This document shows, in pieces, positions 1 through 64,000 of a DNA stretch of 64,000 nt (position 1 is its first letter; every line of letters starts with the position of its first letter). This DNA comes from Octopus bimaculoides. Its lineage: Eukaryota. The stretch covers positions 32,250,300 through 32,314,299 of the forward strand of contig NC_068989.1 of assembly GCF_001194135.2 (NCBI RefSeq), written 5' to 3'. A program made the translations under genes and the position numbers. Below the pieces are notes generated by a model that made no database searches, was not told the origin of the DNA, and saw nothing but the letters and a program-made list of their open reading frames with translations.

Positions 1-75
1 AGCAAAGAAATACTGTGATAAAGTGAAATTAAAGTTTTTTTTAGGTTTTTTTGTTTTTTTTTTTCAACGCCGGTG

Positions 76-295
76 GGATTTAGCGGGGATAAACTTCAGC
101 AATGTGTTTGAGAAATGTATAAAAATTTTGGTAATTTTTCTTCACCGTAAAGCCATACATTTCCCAATGCATAGATTCGTTGACACGAGACCATTTTGTA
201 TTACCCAATGATCCAGTGACATACTTCAATGTGGTTCATGCAAGTGCCAGTTTCAGGGTCAACGAAGTTCTGTGAAAGGTTTACCGTTTGGTTAG
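76..295 (-). mobile_element. Merlin (IS1016/ISXO2-like DDE) transposase C-terminal fragment
   Basis: The minus strand reads TVNLSQNFVDPETGTCMNHIE and, further on, FLKHIAEVYPR*, typical of Merlin C-termini. Confidence 0.75.
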
Positions 296-419
296 CCAAG
301 TTGCTGTAAATTTCATTAAAAAATATCCATTTTTCTGAAAGTTATGATTATCCAAAGTCGGTGGTGGGGGGACAGAAATCTGTTGTTATGCCTACCTTCT
401 TAGCATATATGTATGTATA

Positions 420-678
420 ATATATGTGTGTGTTTCTGTGTTTGTACCCCGACCATCGTTTGACAACCGATGCTGCTGTGTTTACGTTCCTGTAAACTAG
501 CTGTTTGGCAAGACACGCCCATAGAATAAGTACAAGGCTTGCAATGAATAAACCCTGGGGTCAATTTCTTTGACTAAGGGCAGTGCTCCGGCATGGCCAC
601 AGTCACATGGCTGAAAGAAGTAAAACAATAAAAGAATATGCCATTTTAACCCCAAGCAATGCTGTGTACCTCTACTAG
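420..678 (+). mobile_element. 3' half of tRNA-derived SINE fused to a Helitron-like 3' end
   Basis: Aligns to the 3' half of the full SINE at 40879-41265, then runs into tatgccatttta..gcaatgctgtgtacctctaCTAG-T, like the Helitron end at 63807. Confidence 0.7.
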
Positions 679-701
679 TATATATATATATATATATATA
701 T

Positions 702-732
<31 letters not shown>

Positions 733-1386
733 TTATTTTATTTATATATATTTATTTTATTTATATATANNNNNNNNNNNNNNNNNNNNNNNNNNNNNNN
801 NNNNNNNNNNNNNNNNNNNNNNNNNNNNNNNNNNNNNNNNNNNNNNNNNNNNNNNNNNNNNNNNNNNNNNNNNNNNNNNNNNNNNNNNNNNNNNNNNNNN
901 NNNNNNNNNNNNNNNNNNNNNNNNNNNNNNNNNNNNNNNNNNNNNNNNNNNNNNNNNNNNNNNNNNNNNNNNNNNNNNNNNNNNNNNNNNNNNNNNNNNN
1001 NNNNNNNNNNNNNNNNNNNNNNNNNNNNNNNNNNNNNNNNNNNNNNNNNNNNNNNNNNNNNNNNNNNNNNNNNNNNNNNNNNNNNNNNNNNNNNNNNNNN
1101 NNNNNNNNNNNNNNNNNNNNNNNNNNNNNNNNNNNNNNNNNNNNNNNNNNNNNNNNNNNNNNNNNNNNNNNNNNNNNNNNNNNNNNNNNNNNNNNNNNNN
1201 NNNNNNNNNNNNNNNNNNNNNNNNNNNNNNNNNNNNNNNNNNNNNNNNNNNNNNNNNNNNNNNNNNNNNNNNNNNNNNNNNNNNNNNNNNNNNNNNNNNN
1301 NNNNNNNNNNNNNNNNNNNNNNNNNNNNNNNNNNNNNNNNNNNNNNNNNNNNNNNNNNNNNNNNNNNNNNNNNNNNNNNNNNNNNN

Positions 1387-1418
<32 letters not shown>

Positions 1419-1432
1419 GTGTGTGTGTGTGT
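679..1432. repeat. (TA)n/(TG)n microsatellite flanking assembly gap 770-1385
   Basis: Seen directly. Confidence 0.9.
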
Positions 1433-1681
1433 ATATGTCCGTGTTTGTACACCCACCATCACTTGACAACCGATGTTGCTGTGTTTCTGTCCCCGTAACC
1501 TAGCCATTTGGCAAAACACTCCTATAGAATAAGTACTAGACTTACAAAGAATAAATCCTGGGGTCCGTTTTTTTGACTAAAGGCGGTGCTCCACCATGTC
1601 TGCACTTACATGACTGAAACAAGTAAAACAAGAAAAAACTATGCCATTTTATTCTAATGCAACGCCAGGTATCTCTGCTAG
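1430..1681 (+). mobile_element. Second SINE 3' half plus Helitron-like 3' end
   Basis: Diverged copy of 420-678, ending gcaacgccaggtatctctgCTAG-T. Confidence 0.72.
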
Positions 1682-2268
1682 TATAATATAAATGCATTTA
1701 CAATGCTCATGTTTACTATACACCAAACCAGGTATCGCCACTATCTATTACCCAGTCTATCGACCAAACAGTAACTCGTTATTTGGTTCAGCCAATCCAC
1801 ACTGCCCATATACCTGTTATAATCAAGGTTCATAAATGGGGTGCTATTTTCATCTTCACATGGTTGTGCAACGGTAGACAGAATTTATCTGCCTCTTATC
1901 TCTGTATGCAGTCGCTAGCAGAATTCCTTTCCGCCATTGTATTATTTCACCTCTTTTTTTATAATTTTGCTTTTCTACTAGCAATTATTGTTGCACACGT
2001 ATATGTTGTCACAGCTTCTGAATCCACCGCAAGTTTGACTGAAATAAAAAATCAGTCAAAAAATAATATACAACTCTGGTTATTGTGTGGAAGTGATAAA
2101 TTCCCGACTACATCGTACCCTAGGCCATGCTGACTAACATTATTGTCTCTTTTCCCAGTATAAAAACTAAATCTACAGTATTACCCAGTGTTTGCTTCAC
2201 AAATTTTCCAAACTTTGATCCTCCACTTCGTGGGCTTACCTGGCATATACTGTCGGAAGCGTGTACCC
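1682..2268 (-). mobile_element. piggyBac (PGBD4-like) transposase fragment, copy C
   Basis: Colinear with 44586-45225. The minus strand encodes ...WRYLVWCIVNMSIVNAFIL and YNRYMGSVD-like motifs. Confidence 0.88.
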
Positions 2269-2285
2269 GGCAAAATTACCAATTT

Positions 2286-2607
2286 TTGTCACCCCGACTT
2301 TGGATGATCATAACTTTCAGAAAAATGGAAATTTTTTAATGAAATTTCCTACGAACATGTGTTCAAAATTTTTCAGAGTAAGTGTTTTAGGAGGGGGTGG
2401 GATGGGGAATTTCGGAAAATTTACCGGAGTCCACGTTTTGTCCAAGTTAAGACGAATTGAAGTGGACTACGGTGAATTTTCCAAAATTCCCCACCCACTC
2501 CTCCTAAAACACTTTCCCCCCAAAAAATTTTATATATACGGAATCTACACGATATAATACATATTCGTAGAAAATTTCATTAAAAAATATCCATTTTTAT
2601 GAAAGTT
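2286..2607. mobile_element. Fold-back (palindromic) MITE-like element, right end lost in gap
   Basis: 2381-2434 is the reverse complement of 2462-2513, and 2308-2360 of about 2558-2607, around a 27-nt loop. The same arm occurs at 308-365. Confidence 0.8.
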
Positions 2608-4706
2608 NNNNNNNNNNNNNNNNNNNNNNNNNNNNNNNNNNNNNNNNNNNNNNNNNNNNNNNNNNNNNNNNNNNNNNNNNNNNNNNNNNNNNNNNNNNNN
2701 NNNNNNNNNNNNNNNNNNNNNNNNNNNNNNNNNNNNNNNNNNNNNNNNNNNNNNNNNNNNNNNNNNNNNNNNNNNNNNNNNNNNNNNNNNNNNNNNNNNN
2801 NNNNNNNNNNNNNNNNNNNNNNNNNNNNNNNNNNNNNNNNNNNNNNNNNNNNNNNNNNNNNNNNNNNNNNNNNNNNNNNNNNNNNNNNNNNNNNNNNNNN
2901 NNNNNNNNNNNNNNNNNNNNNNNNNNNNNNNNNNNNNNNNNNNNNNNNNNNNNNNNNNNNNNNNNNNNNNNNNNNNNNNNNNNNNNNNNNNNNNNNNNNN
3001 NNNNNNNNNNNNNNNNNNNNNNNNNNNNNNNNNNNNNNNNNNNNNNNNNNNNNNNNNNNNNNNNNNNNNNNNNNNNNNNNNNNNNNNNNNNNNNNNNNNN
3101 NNNNNNNNNNNNNNNNNNNNNNNNNNNNNNNNNNNNNNNNNNNNNNNNNNNNNNNNNNNNNNNNNNNNNNNNNNNNNNNNNNNNNNNNNNNNNNNNNNNN
3201 NNNNNNNNNNNNNNNNNNNNNNNNNNNNNNNNNNNNNNNNNNNNNNNNNNNNNNNNNNNNNNNNNNNNNNNNNNNNNNNNNNNNNNNNNNNNNNNNNNNN
3301 NNNNNNNNNNNNNNNNNNNNNNNNNNNNNNNNNNNNNNNNNNNNNNNNNNNNNNNNNNNNNNNNNNNNNNNNNNNNNNNNNNNNNNNNNNNNNNNNNNNN
3401 NNNNNNNNNNAAGAAAAATACAGAGATTATGATTCTAAAAAAAAAAATTGTTTGTGAAATTTCAATTTTTCAAAAAAAATAATAATAATAAACACCCCTC
3501 CCCTTCACCCTATGACAGAAAGTGAAATTTCCCCCACCCATTTTTTTCTTTGCCAGAGGGGCAAATTTTGAAAACATGTTTTGTGGGGTTTCAAAATCTT
3601 CAATTTTTAAGTACGCTCCAACTGGAAATCGGACAACAGCCAAACCAAGAGTCAACTTTCTGGATACGAATTATCAGAAAATAAAAAAAAAATTTTAAAT
3701 GTCACTTTGTTGTGTGTGTGTGTGCGTGCGTGCGTGCGCAAATATCTAATTTTTACATACCTCCCTTAATTCCAAAAGACCCTCAACCACAACATGTTGA
3801 GTTGTGTTAGTCATGAAACACTCTACCCACTGCAGCATCTTTACACGGACTCCAGTGTTGAACAGTTTCTTCAACAGTGTTAATGATGGTTATAATACTT
3901 TATTTTCTTGTTGATTCTTTTTATTGTTTGAATAATTGCTCTTCTATTTCTAGGTATTCTACTCTCAGATTTGTTTACTGATCTGAATGGGGTTGAGGAG
4001 GGAAACCTGTTTTTCTATGGACCAATTAACACTGGGAAGGTTGAAGTCCCCCTTCATTAATATGTTGTCAGCATGACACTGATGGATGAAACACTTAATA
4101 CTATTGAGGCATTCCTTGAAGCATAGTAGAGGAGTTAGGGGTGGTCTATAGATTGTTCAGCTCCCAAGAAATTTGCATGTATTTGTAATGTTGATTGCAA
4201 AAGAGAAACATTTATGAAAATGTACAGATAAATAAGTTATCTTTACAGACCATAATTGCAGTTGTCTATATAATTGATAATAAAGTTGGTATAAAGTGAA
4301 ATTAAATGAAGGTTTACTCACAAATCGATTAAGTTAGTAAATGTTTAACATTTTTGTGACAAGATAGTGTCTCTAAACATTCTAATGAAACAGGCACCAA
4401 TATTTCTCCAGCTTACTATGGGCTGTGAACAGCAGGAATCAAGATTTAAAATTTTTGTCACAATATAATGTCTCGAAACGAAAAAGTGGAAGAAAGGATA
4501 ATTCCGTTCTTTTTTTTGGAAGAGAAATAAATTTTAGTGTTGATAGAAAGGCAGAAAACACCGCAAGCAGTCAAGATAGCAGTGCAGAAAACACAGGGAG
4601 ACAGCCTGCAAAATTAAGGAAAAATGTATTTAGACTTATTTATCATCAAAAAGAAATTCGAAAAAAGTACACAGAATTGTTATGAGGTTTGCATACCTTT
4701 CAAAAA

Positions 4707-5520
4707 TCATTGTGGGTAAATTTCTGTCACATGTTTGATGACGGTCTTATAGTTCTCCCACAATTGGTCGCACATCATGTTGTACAGATCTCTGTACATT
4801 ACTTTGTCAGCATGCGACCATCACATATCCCCACTTGCACTCTCAGGGTCCACAAAATTCCAAGAGTGGTTGACAATTCCATGAATGTAGCCAAGTCTGT
4901 CAAGGTTCTGGTAACTGGCCCACTGGTCTGTAAATATTGTTGACCCTGGTTCTATGTTTACCAGAATGAGTGCCTCCAGTGTTTTTGACTTTCTATTTTG
5001 AACGTGTTGCATATAACCTTTTTTCTGGGTGTTATCATAGAAACCAACAACCCAGAATGACCCATCACACGCCCTACTTCGTTTTTTTCTTTGAAACATC
5101 AAACTTTTGTCTTTCTACGACATGATTCAGGCCACCCAATTTCTTTTTGTCTTTCAATAACTTCTGTGAACAGATTTCATGGCAATATTCATACCATTGT
5201 ATTGCCATGACTTTACTGATATTGTTTGCACACATAGAACTGCTTACTGGCATTTCGAAAATGAAGTCAAATATATGAAATATTTGGTAAACAGAAAGTC
5301 TACTTTTCTCTAAAAATGTATTCTTTTGGATTGAAACTCTTTTCTGACAGTTGCTACATCTCCATTCCGCTCCATCTGTTGCATTCTGCGAAGGCCTTAT
5401 GTCCATATCATTCCCACATGTACACTACTTCTGATTAGCAAGGAGACTATTTTCTTTCGGATAATTGATGAAATTTTCATCAGATAAATTTTTGGCCATT
5501 TGTTGTCGGGGGCAATCCAT
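4707..5520 (-). mobile_element. Merlin DNA transposon, near full-length transposase pseudogene
   Basis: N-terminal Zn-ribbon (CTCG..WRCSNC), then GSTIFTDQWASYQNL..GYIHGIVNHSWNFVDP and a C-terminal VIKHVTEIYPQ*. Stops and frameshifts are present. Confidence 0.88.
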
Positions 5521-6578
5521 CTTCCAAGAAGGTTAAAAACATAATAAAAAGTTCAAAAATTCAAACAAACAAAAAGTTCAAAACTAAAAAGTCATAACGA
5601 ACAGTCAAAAATTTTTGAAGAATGAGGAAATCAATTTGGCTGCAGATTGAAATTAGAAAAACATTCGTCCAAAGCCAATATCTTTTCAATTTTTAAAATG
5701 AAACTCTAGCGTTGACTGTATGTACAGGCATTCAGACGTAGCAGGGAACAGCTAGCCTTTGGCCGCTGTTCACAACGGGGACATAGCATTGAACCCAAAG
5801 AGACGGATGTAGCAGGGAACAGCTGAGCAGCGGCCAAAGGCCAGCTTTTTATTACAATGTCATTTCCTTACTTTTCATAGAAAATCACTGAGTATATCAA
5901 TTCATTCCTTCTGTAGTTTATTATGGCTGCCCTGATTGAGGTTGGGTGAGCAGCAGTTACTGAACATTCAACTTCAGTTATGGCTTCAAAATCTCATTTC
6001 AGTATATGTAGTTAGATCAGCCTCCTTGAATGTGTTTCTGATTTACCAGTCATCAGATCTTAGGATGATATAACGAAACAGCTGAGTAGGTTGTTTTAAT
6101 CAATGTATAATATTGAATACATTCAAATTACAAGTTTTTCCTAAAAGGTTCATAAGTGATTTTCTTTTTTTGACTTTAATAATATTGTATACTGTCAATA
6201 ATTGCATTACGCTAATAAAAAATAAATTAAAGTTTGATTAATTTAAAAGAGTAAAACATTTTTTTTTAATTCATACAGTTTGAATTCTGATTAAATAAAA
6301 AGAATCAATTAACATTAATCATAAGTGTATTGTTGTCTTCAAATTAAGTATTGCTACTGTTTGGAACACCCTTGAAATGTATAACCTGTTTAAGCAGGTT
6401 GTATATCTAAGCAACAATTTTATCAGTTATAGCAGCATGATAATCACTTTTTATGTTAGAAAAACTGTAAAAATGATGAAATCTCATAAAATGTTTCAGC
6501 AAAAATTGCTTGAATACTTGCATAAGACGGGCTCAAAGTTTAATGTTTGTAATTAAATTTTTATTTTCATCTTTCCAG

Positions 6579-60200
<53,622 letters not shown>

Positions 60201-60440
60201 GTTGGTTTGTGATTTATTTCCTAATTCATAGTGTAAGATTTTTAGGTGCTTAATGATAGTTGCAAAGATTATCAATTCAAATGCTTCCACTATTATTGCA
60301 TTGGGACCTTAAGCAAGATACATTTGACTCTGCTTTAGTCTACTTGGTTGTGTAACATTTCAACAAATTTGTTGGGAATATAAGTGATAAAATAAGTTGT
60401 CAAGTAAACTGTATATACTAATGAATATTATAAGAAAATA

Positions 60441-60841
60441 TATTTCTCAAACGCGTGATAATGCTATAAATAGCGTGATCAGGATAAATTATCCATATAT
60501 TGCAGAAAAATACGTTACTGGCCAGCCATGAGACTCGAACTCACATCTCTGTGATTACGCGTCAAGTGTTTTACCATTAAACTAAACTGCCCAGCAACGA
60601 ATTCTTCTGCAATTTTAGAACTTATAAATTTAGCTTCATAAGACGCTAACGTTAAATTCAACTTTACGATGAAAGTAAACAAAGTTTGTTCTTTTTTAGA
60701 AGCGTTGAGATGTATTGTAAGAATGCTATTTATAGCATTATCACGCGTTTGAGAAATAAATTTATTTCTGTTCTTACAATACATCTCAACGCTTCTAAAA
60801 AAGAACAAGCTTTGTTTGTTTACTTTCATCGTAAAGTTGAA
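60441..60841. mobile_element. TIR element (34-bp TIR, 60441-60758) with an inverted partial duplicate (60761-60841)
   Basis: tatttctcaaacgcgtgataatgctataaatagc at 60441-60474 and its reverse complement at 60725-60758. 60657-60723 is the reverse complement of 60771-60841. Confidence 0.75.
60519..60592 (-). tRNA. tRNA-Thr(CGT)-like pseudogene inside a TIR element
   Basis: Cloverleaf: acceptor GGGCAGT/GCTGGCC, D stem GTTT/AAAC, anticodon loop CGCGTAA, T arm GTGAG-TTCGAGT-CTCAT. Several defects make a functional tRNA unlikely. Confidence 0.6.
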
Positions 60842-61433
60842 TATAAGAAAATAAATGTTAGCTTCATTTGTTTTTGTTTTTTTTTCTTACTATGAAAGAT
60901 GCAAATGTACTGCCAGACTTTGGTTGTTATTGCTCAGTGTGCCTTCATATAATTTTTCTTGATTGTATTTTGCCTCTGATTAGCTGACGTTAGGCTTAAT
61001 GAAGTAAATTTTGTGGAAGCTCTTCATTAAGCTTACAACTTCTGATTAAGTGTAGCGTAGAGTATTTAAATATAATTATGTGTCCAATTTTTTCAATGGT
61101 ATGTGATTCTTCAGCCAAGCTACATTAAAATGCAGAATGATATTAGATGCAGTTTAAGTACCTCTAACCAAGAATTAAAACTAATTTGCTAATTTGACTA
61201 GGCTCACTGGAAGCTAAATAATATATGATGCTAGTGAGACATTGAAATTTAAGTGAACATTTGTTGGTATCTTTAAAATGTCTTGAAAAATATATTGGGT
61301 TTTAGACATAGCAATTCATTATTCAAATTTTGTGTGTGCAGTTTGGTATTAATGGGATAATGCTTGCTGTTTCTGGCAGCTACTAATTAGTATACTATCT
61401 TCAAAAGACAAAAGTGCATTATTATGGAGATTA

Positions 61434-61612
61434 TCTGTGTATATAACACCAAGAATGTCTGTATATGTGAATCCCTAAAACTCGAGAACTACCCAACCGA
61501 TTTCATTCAAATTTTACACATGCATTACTTAGGGTCCATGGAGTATCATGGGCCAAAAACTTTCAACTTCTTGCCTAATGCGGGCCTGGAGCAATCTTTT
61601 AGATTGGCTTAG
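61434..61612 (+). mobile_element. Short Helitron-family fragment related to 47321-48677
   Basis: gaatccctaaaactcgagaactac..aacc.atttcattcaaattttaca..ttacttaggg is shared with 48560-48630 (minus strand). Confidence 0.65.
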
Positions 61613-61614
61613 TA

Positions 61615-62205
61615 TTCATCATCATCGTTTAGCGTACGCTTTCCATGCTAGCATGGGTTGGACAATTTAACTGAGGACTGGCGAACCAGATGGCTGCACC
61701 AGGCTCCGATCTGATCTGGCAGAGATTCTACAGCTGGATGCCCTTCCTAACACCAACCACTCCAAGAGTGTAGCAGGTACTTTTACGTGCCACCGGCACC
61801 GGAGCCAGTCAGGCGGTACTGGCAACGGCCACACTCAAGTGGTGTTTTGTGCCACCTGCACAGCAGCCAGTCCAGTGGCACTGGTAACGATCACGCTGGA
61901 ATGGTGCTTTTTATGTGTCACCAGCATGGAAGCCAGTCAGCTGCTCTGGCAGCGATCACGCTCAGGTGGTGGTCTTAGCGCTCCACTGGCACGGGTGTCA
62001 GTCATCGAATTTGCAAATTTGATTTGATTTCAATTTCACTTGCCTCAACTGGTCTTCGCACGCAGTTTAGTGTCCAATGAAGGAAAGGTATGCATAAGTG
62101 GGCTGGCTACACCCCTGGCAAAGGCCACAGGTTATGGTCTCATTCGGCTTGTTGGGTCTTCTCACGCACTGCATATTTCCAAAGATCTCAGACACTAGTC
62201 AGGTC
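61615..62205 (-). mobile_element. RTE 3'UTR fragment
   Basis: (CAT)n tail and GCCAGT..ACTGGC modules. Confidence 0.82.
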
Positions 62206-62409
62206 TCAGTCTGTCAATAGTAATAAAATAAGATCTGTATTGTAATGTGATATAATATTGTTTCACTTTTAATTCTAATGTGATAATACTAAGATCATCT
62301 TATTTTACACATCAACCGTTCAATTACCAGTTAATAATTATCGCAGCAGTTGCAAGGTATTTACAGTTACATATTAACCCTTAAATTAACATTTAATACA
62401 TGTACTTAA

Positions 62410-63701
62410 TCTATATATAAAAAATTTTTTGTCTCTCTGTCTGTTCCCAATGCATTCTCAAACGGTTCCACCAAATCAAATTTTACAAGGTAATAGTATC
62501 ACATTCCATGAGTGTCAACATAATTTTTCTTTCATTTCCATTAAAACAATATAATATTTTATAGAGATAATCTTTCTATAGTCAAATGTAGTACAGGATA
62601 TTTTATACCACGACTACAATGACAATGTCACATTTTGTATATGAGTGTGTATGTGTTTGAGTGTACATGTGTCTATCAGTGTGTACGTGTTTCCATGTTC
62701 ACCAACAACATCACATTTTGTATATATATGAGTGTGTGTGCATTTCTGCATTAGGTACATTATTCAACACACACTCACATCTACATATACATATATGATG
62801 ACTGACGTGTGTATTACTATATGTATGTGACTGTATGTGTGTGTATCGTCATATTTTCTATATGTATGTGTGTCCGCTATGTACGTTATTAAATACACAT
62901 ATATCTACACCTGTACATATGTGATGAGAATGGCTAGAGGTGAAACTCTTGATAAAAAACTATTATGTGGCAGGTTCAAGGTATATAAAAATATACATCT
63001 ACCATTCAGTTAATAGTTTATAATTATCACAGCAGTTGTAAGGTATTTACAATTTGCTTGTATTTGGTTAATTTACACTGCATTCTATGTTCATAATTTT
63101 TTTGTTTAAAATATTGAAAGAATATGCCATCAAAGAAAAAACCTCCCTCTAGAAACACCTGTAAAGCAAGGAGGAGTGCAGAAAATCAAGGCGTAGAGTC
63201 TCAGGAGATAAGAGACATGAGACTTTCTCAAGATCAGCAAAGGCATGCTGCAGCACATCAGATGGAGTCTCAATACAGAAGGGACATGACACTTCCCAAA
63301 GATCTCCAGACACGTCAAGCAGACTTTCTCAACATCAACAAAAGCATACTGCAACACGTCTGATGGAGTCCCAAGACAGAAGGGAGATGAGACTTTCCTC
63401 AAGATCAGCAAAGGCATGCTGCAACACTTAATGCTGAATCATTAAAACAACATTTAGCATGCCAGATTACACAGAGGTCCAATAGAAAAGCTCTCAGAAA
63501 CAGATCATGTACAAATTCGTTCTTCACAACACTGAGAGCTGCTTTCAGATATGATACATCCCATTCTTGTAAAAATGATAATTCTGTCCAAATTGGTGTG
63601 CTAAACTCAAATTGTCGTTTATGCAAAGCTTTAAAATTTACTCCACAAATGTTTTATTGTCAATGCTGCACTTTCCTGTGTCACCTGTTTCAACATAACT
63701 A

Positions 63702-63763
<62 letters not shown>

Positions 63764-63807
63764 ACTATACCATTTTAATCCAGAGCAATGCCAGGTATCT
63801 CTGCTAG
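62410..63807 (+). mobile_element. Internally deleted Helitron retaining the Rep N-terminus
   Basis: A|TCTATATAT 5' end and CTAG|T 3' end. ESQ..RDMRLSQDQQRHAA repeats are followed by IGVLNSNCRLCKALKF..YCQC, a Zn motif typical of Helitron RepHel N-termini. Confidence 0.82.
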
Positions 63808-64000
63808 TTTGATATAAAATGTAGTTGAGAAATAAATGCTTGGGTTGGTTTAATAAAATTAATATTTTTTGAAAACTGTACTTTGAATTGAAAGTTAAGA
63901 TGTATTTCTGGTTTGGTAGCTCATTTTAAAGATGTATTTGAATTTTTAATAGTATTTTGATTGCTCTAATATGAAAGGACATAAATATTATGACAATCTC

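Noticed and set aside
659-3432. Long ORFs of 230-280 aa in the ORF track (also 47525-48445)
   Set aside because: They are runs of X across N gaps (770-1385, 2608-3410, 47709-48319) plus microsatellite translation.

Overview
AT-rich, repeat-dense metazoan genomic DNA with several N gaps. The SINE/RTE/microsatellite landscape suggests an octopus, but that is inference. The window lies inside one large + strand gene, EIF5B (translation initiation factor eIF5B, IF2 family GTPase). I can splice 14 consecutive GT-AG exons (6579-60200; 1998 nt, 666 codons, all phases compatible). They encode the charged N-terminal region and most of the G domain ([28 protein letters not shown]). The start and the 3' half of the gene lie outside the window. 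The introns are filled with decayed transposons: piggyBac, Merlin, Helitron, pogo, maT DD37D, mariner, hAT, a Gypsy LTR element, RTE LINEs and tRNA-derived SINEs. The most striking structure is a resolvable nested stack in intron 42625-54379. There, a piggyBac sits in a TTAA of an older repeat, was itself hit at an internal TTAA by a younger copy of its own family, and was further split by a Helitron, two RTE LINEs and a SINE. Other oddities are a VKK[S/N]EE x7 coding minisatellite in eIF5B, a tRNA-Thr-like cloverleaf inside a TIR element with a fold-back duplication, a degenerate hammerhead-like motif, a SINE/Helitron-3'-end composite, and a 108-bp local templated insertion. I found no intact novel protein-coding system.
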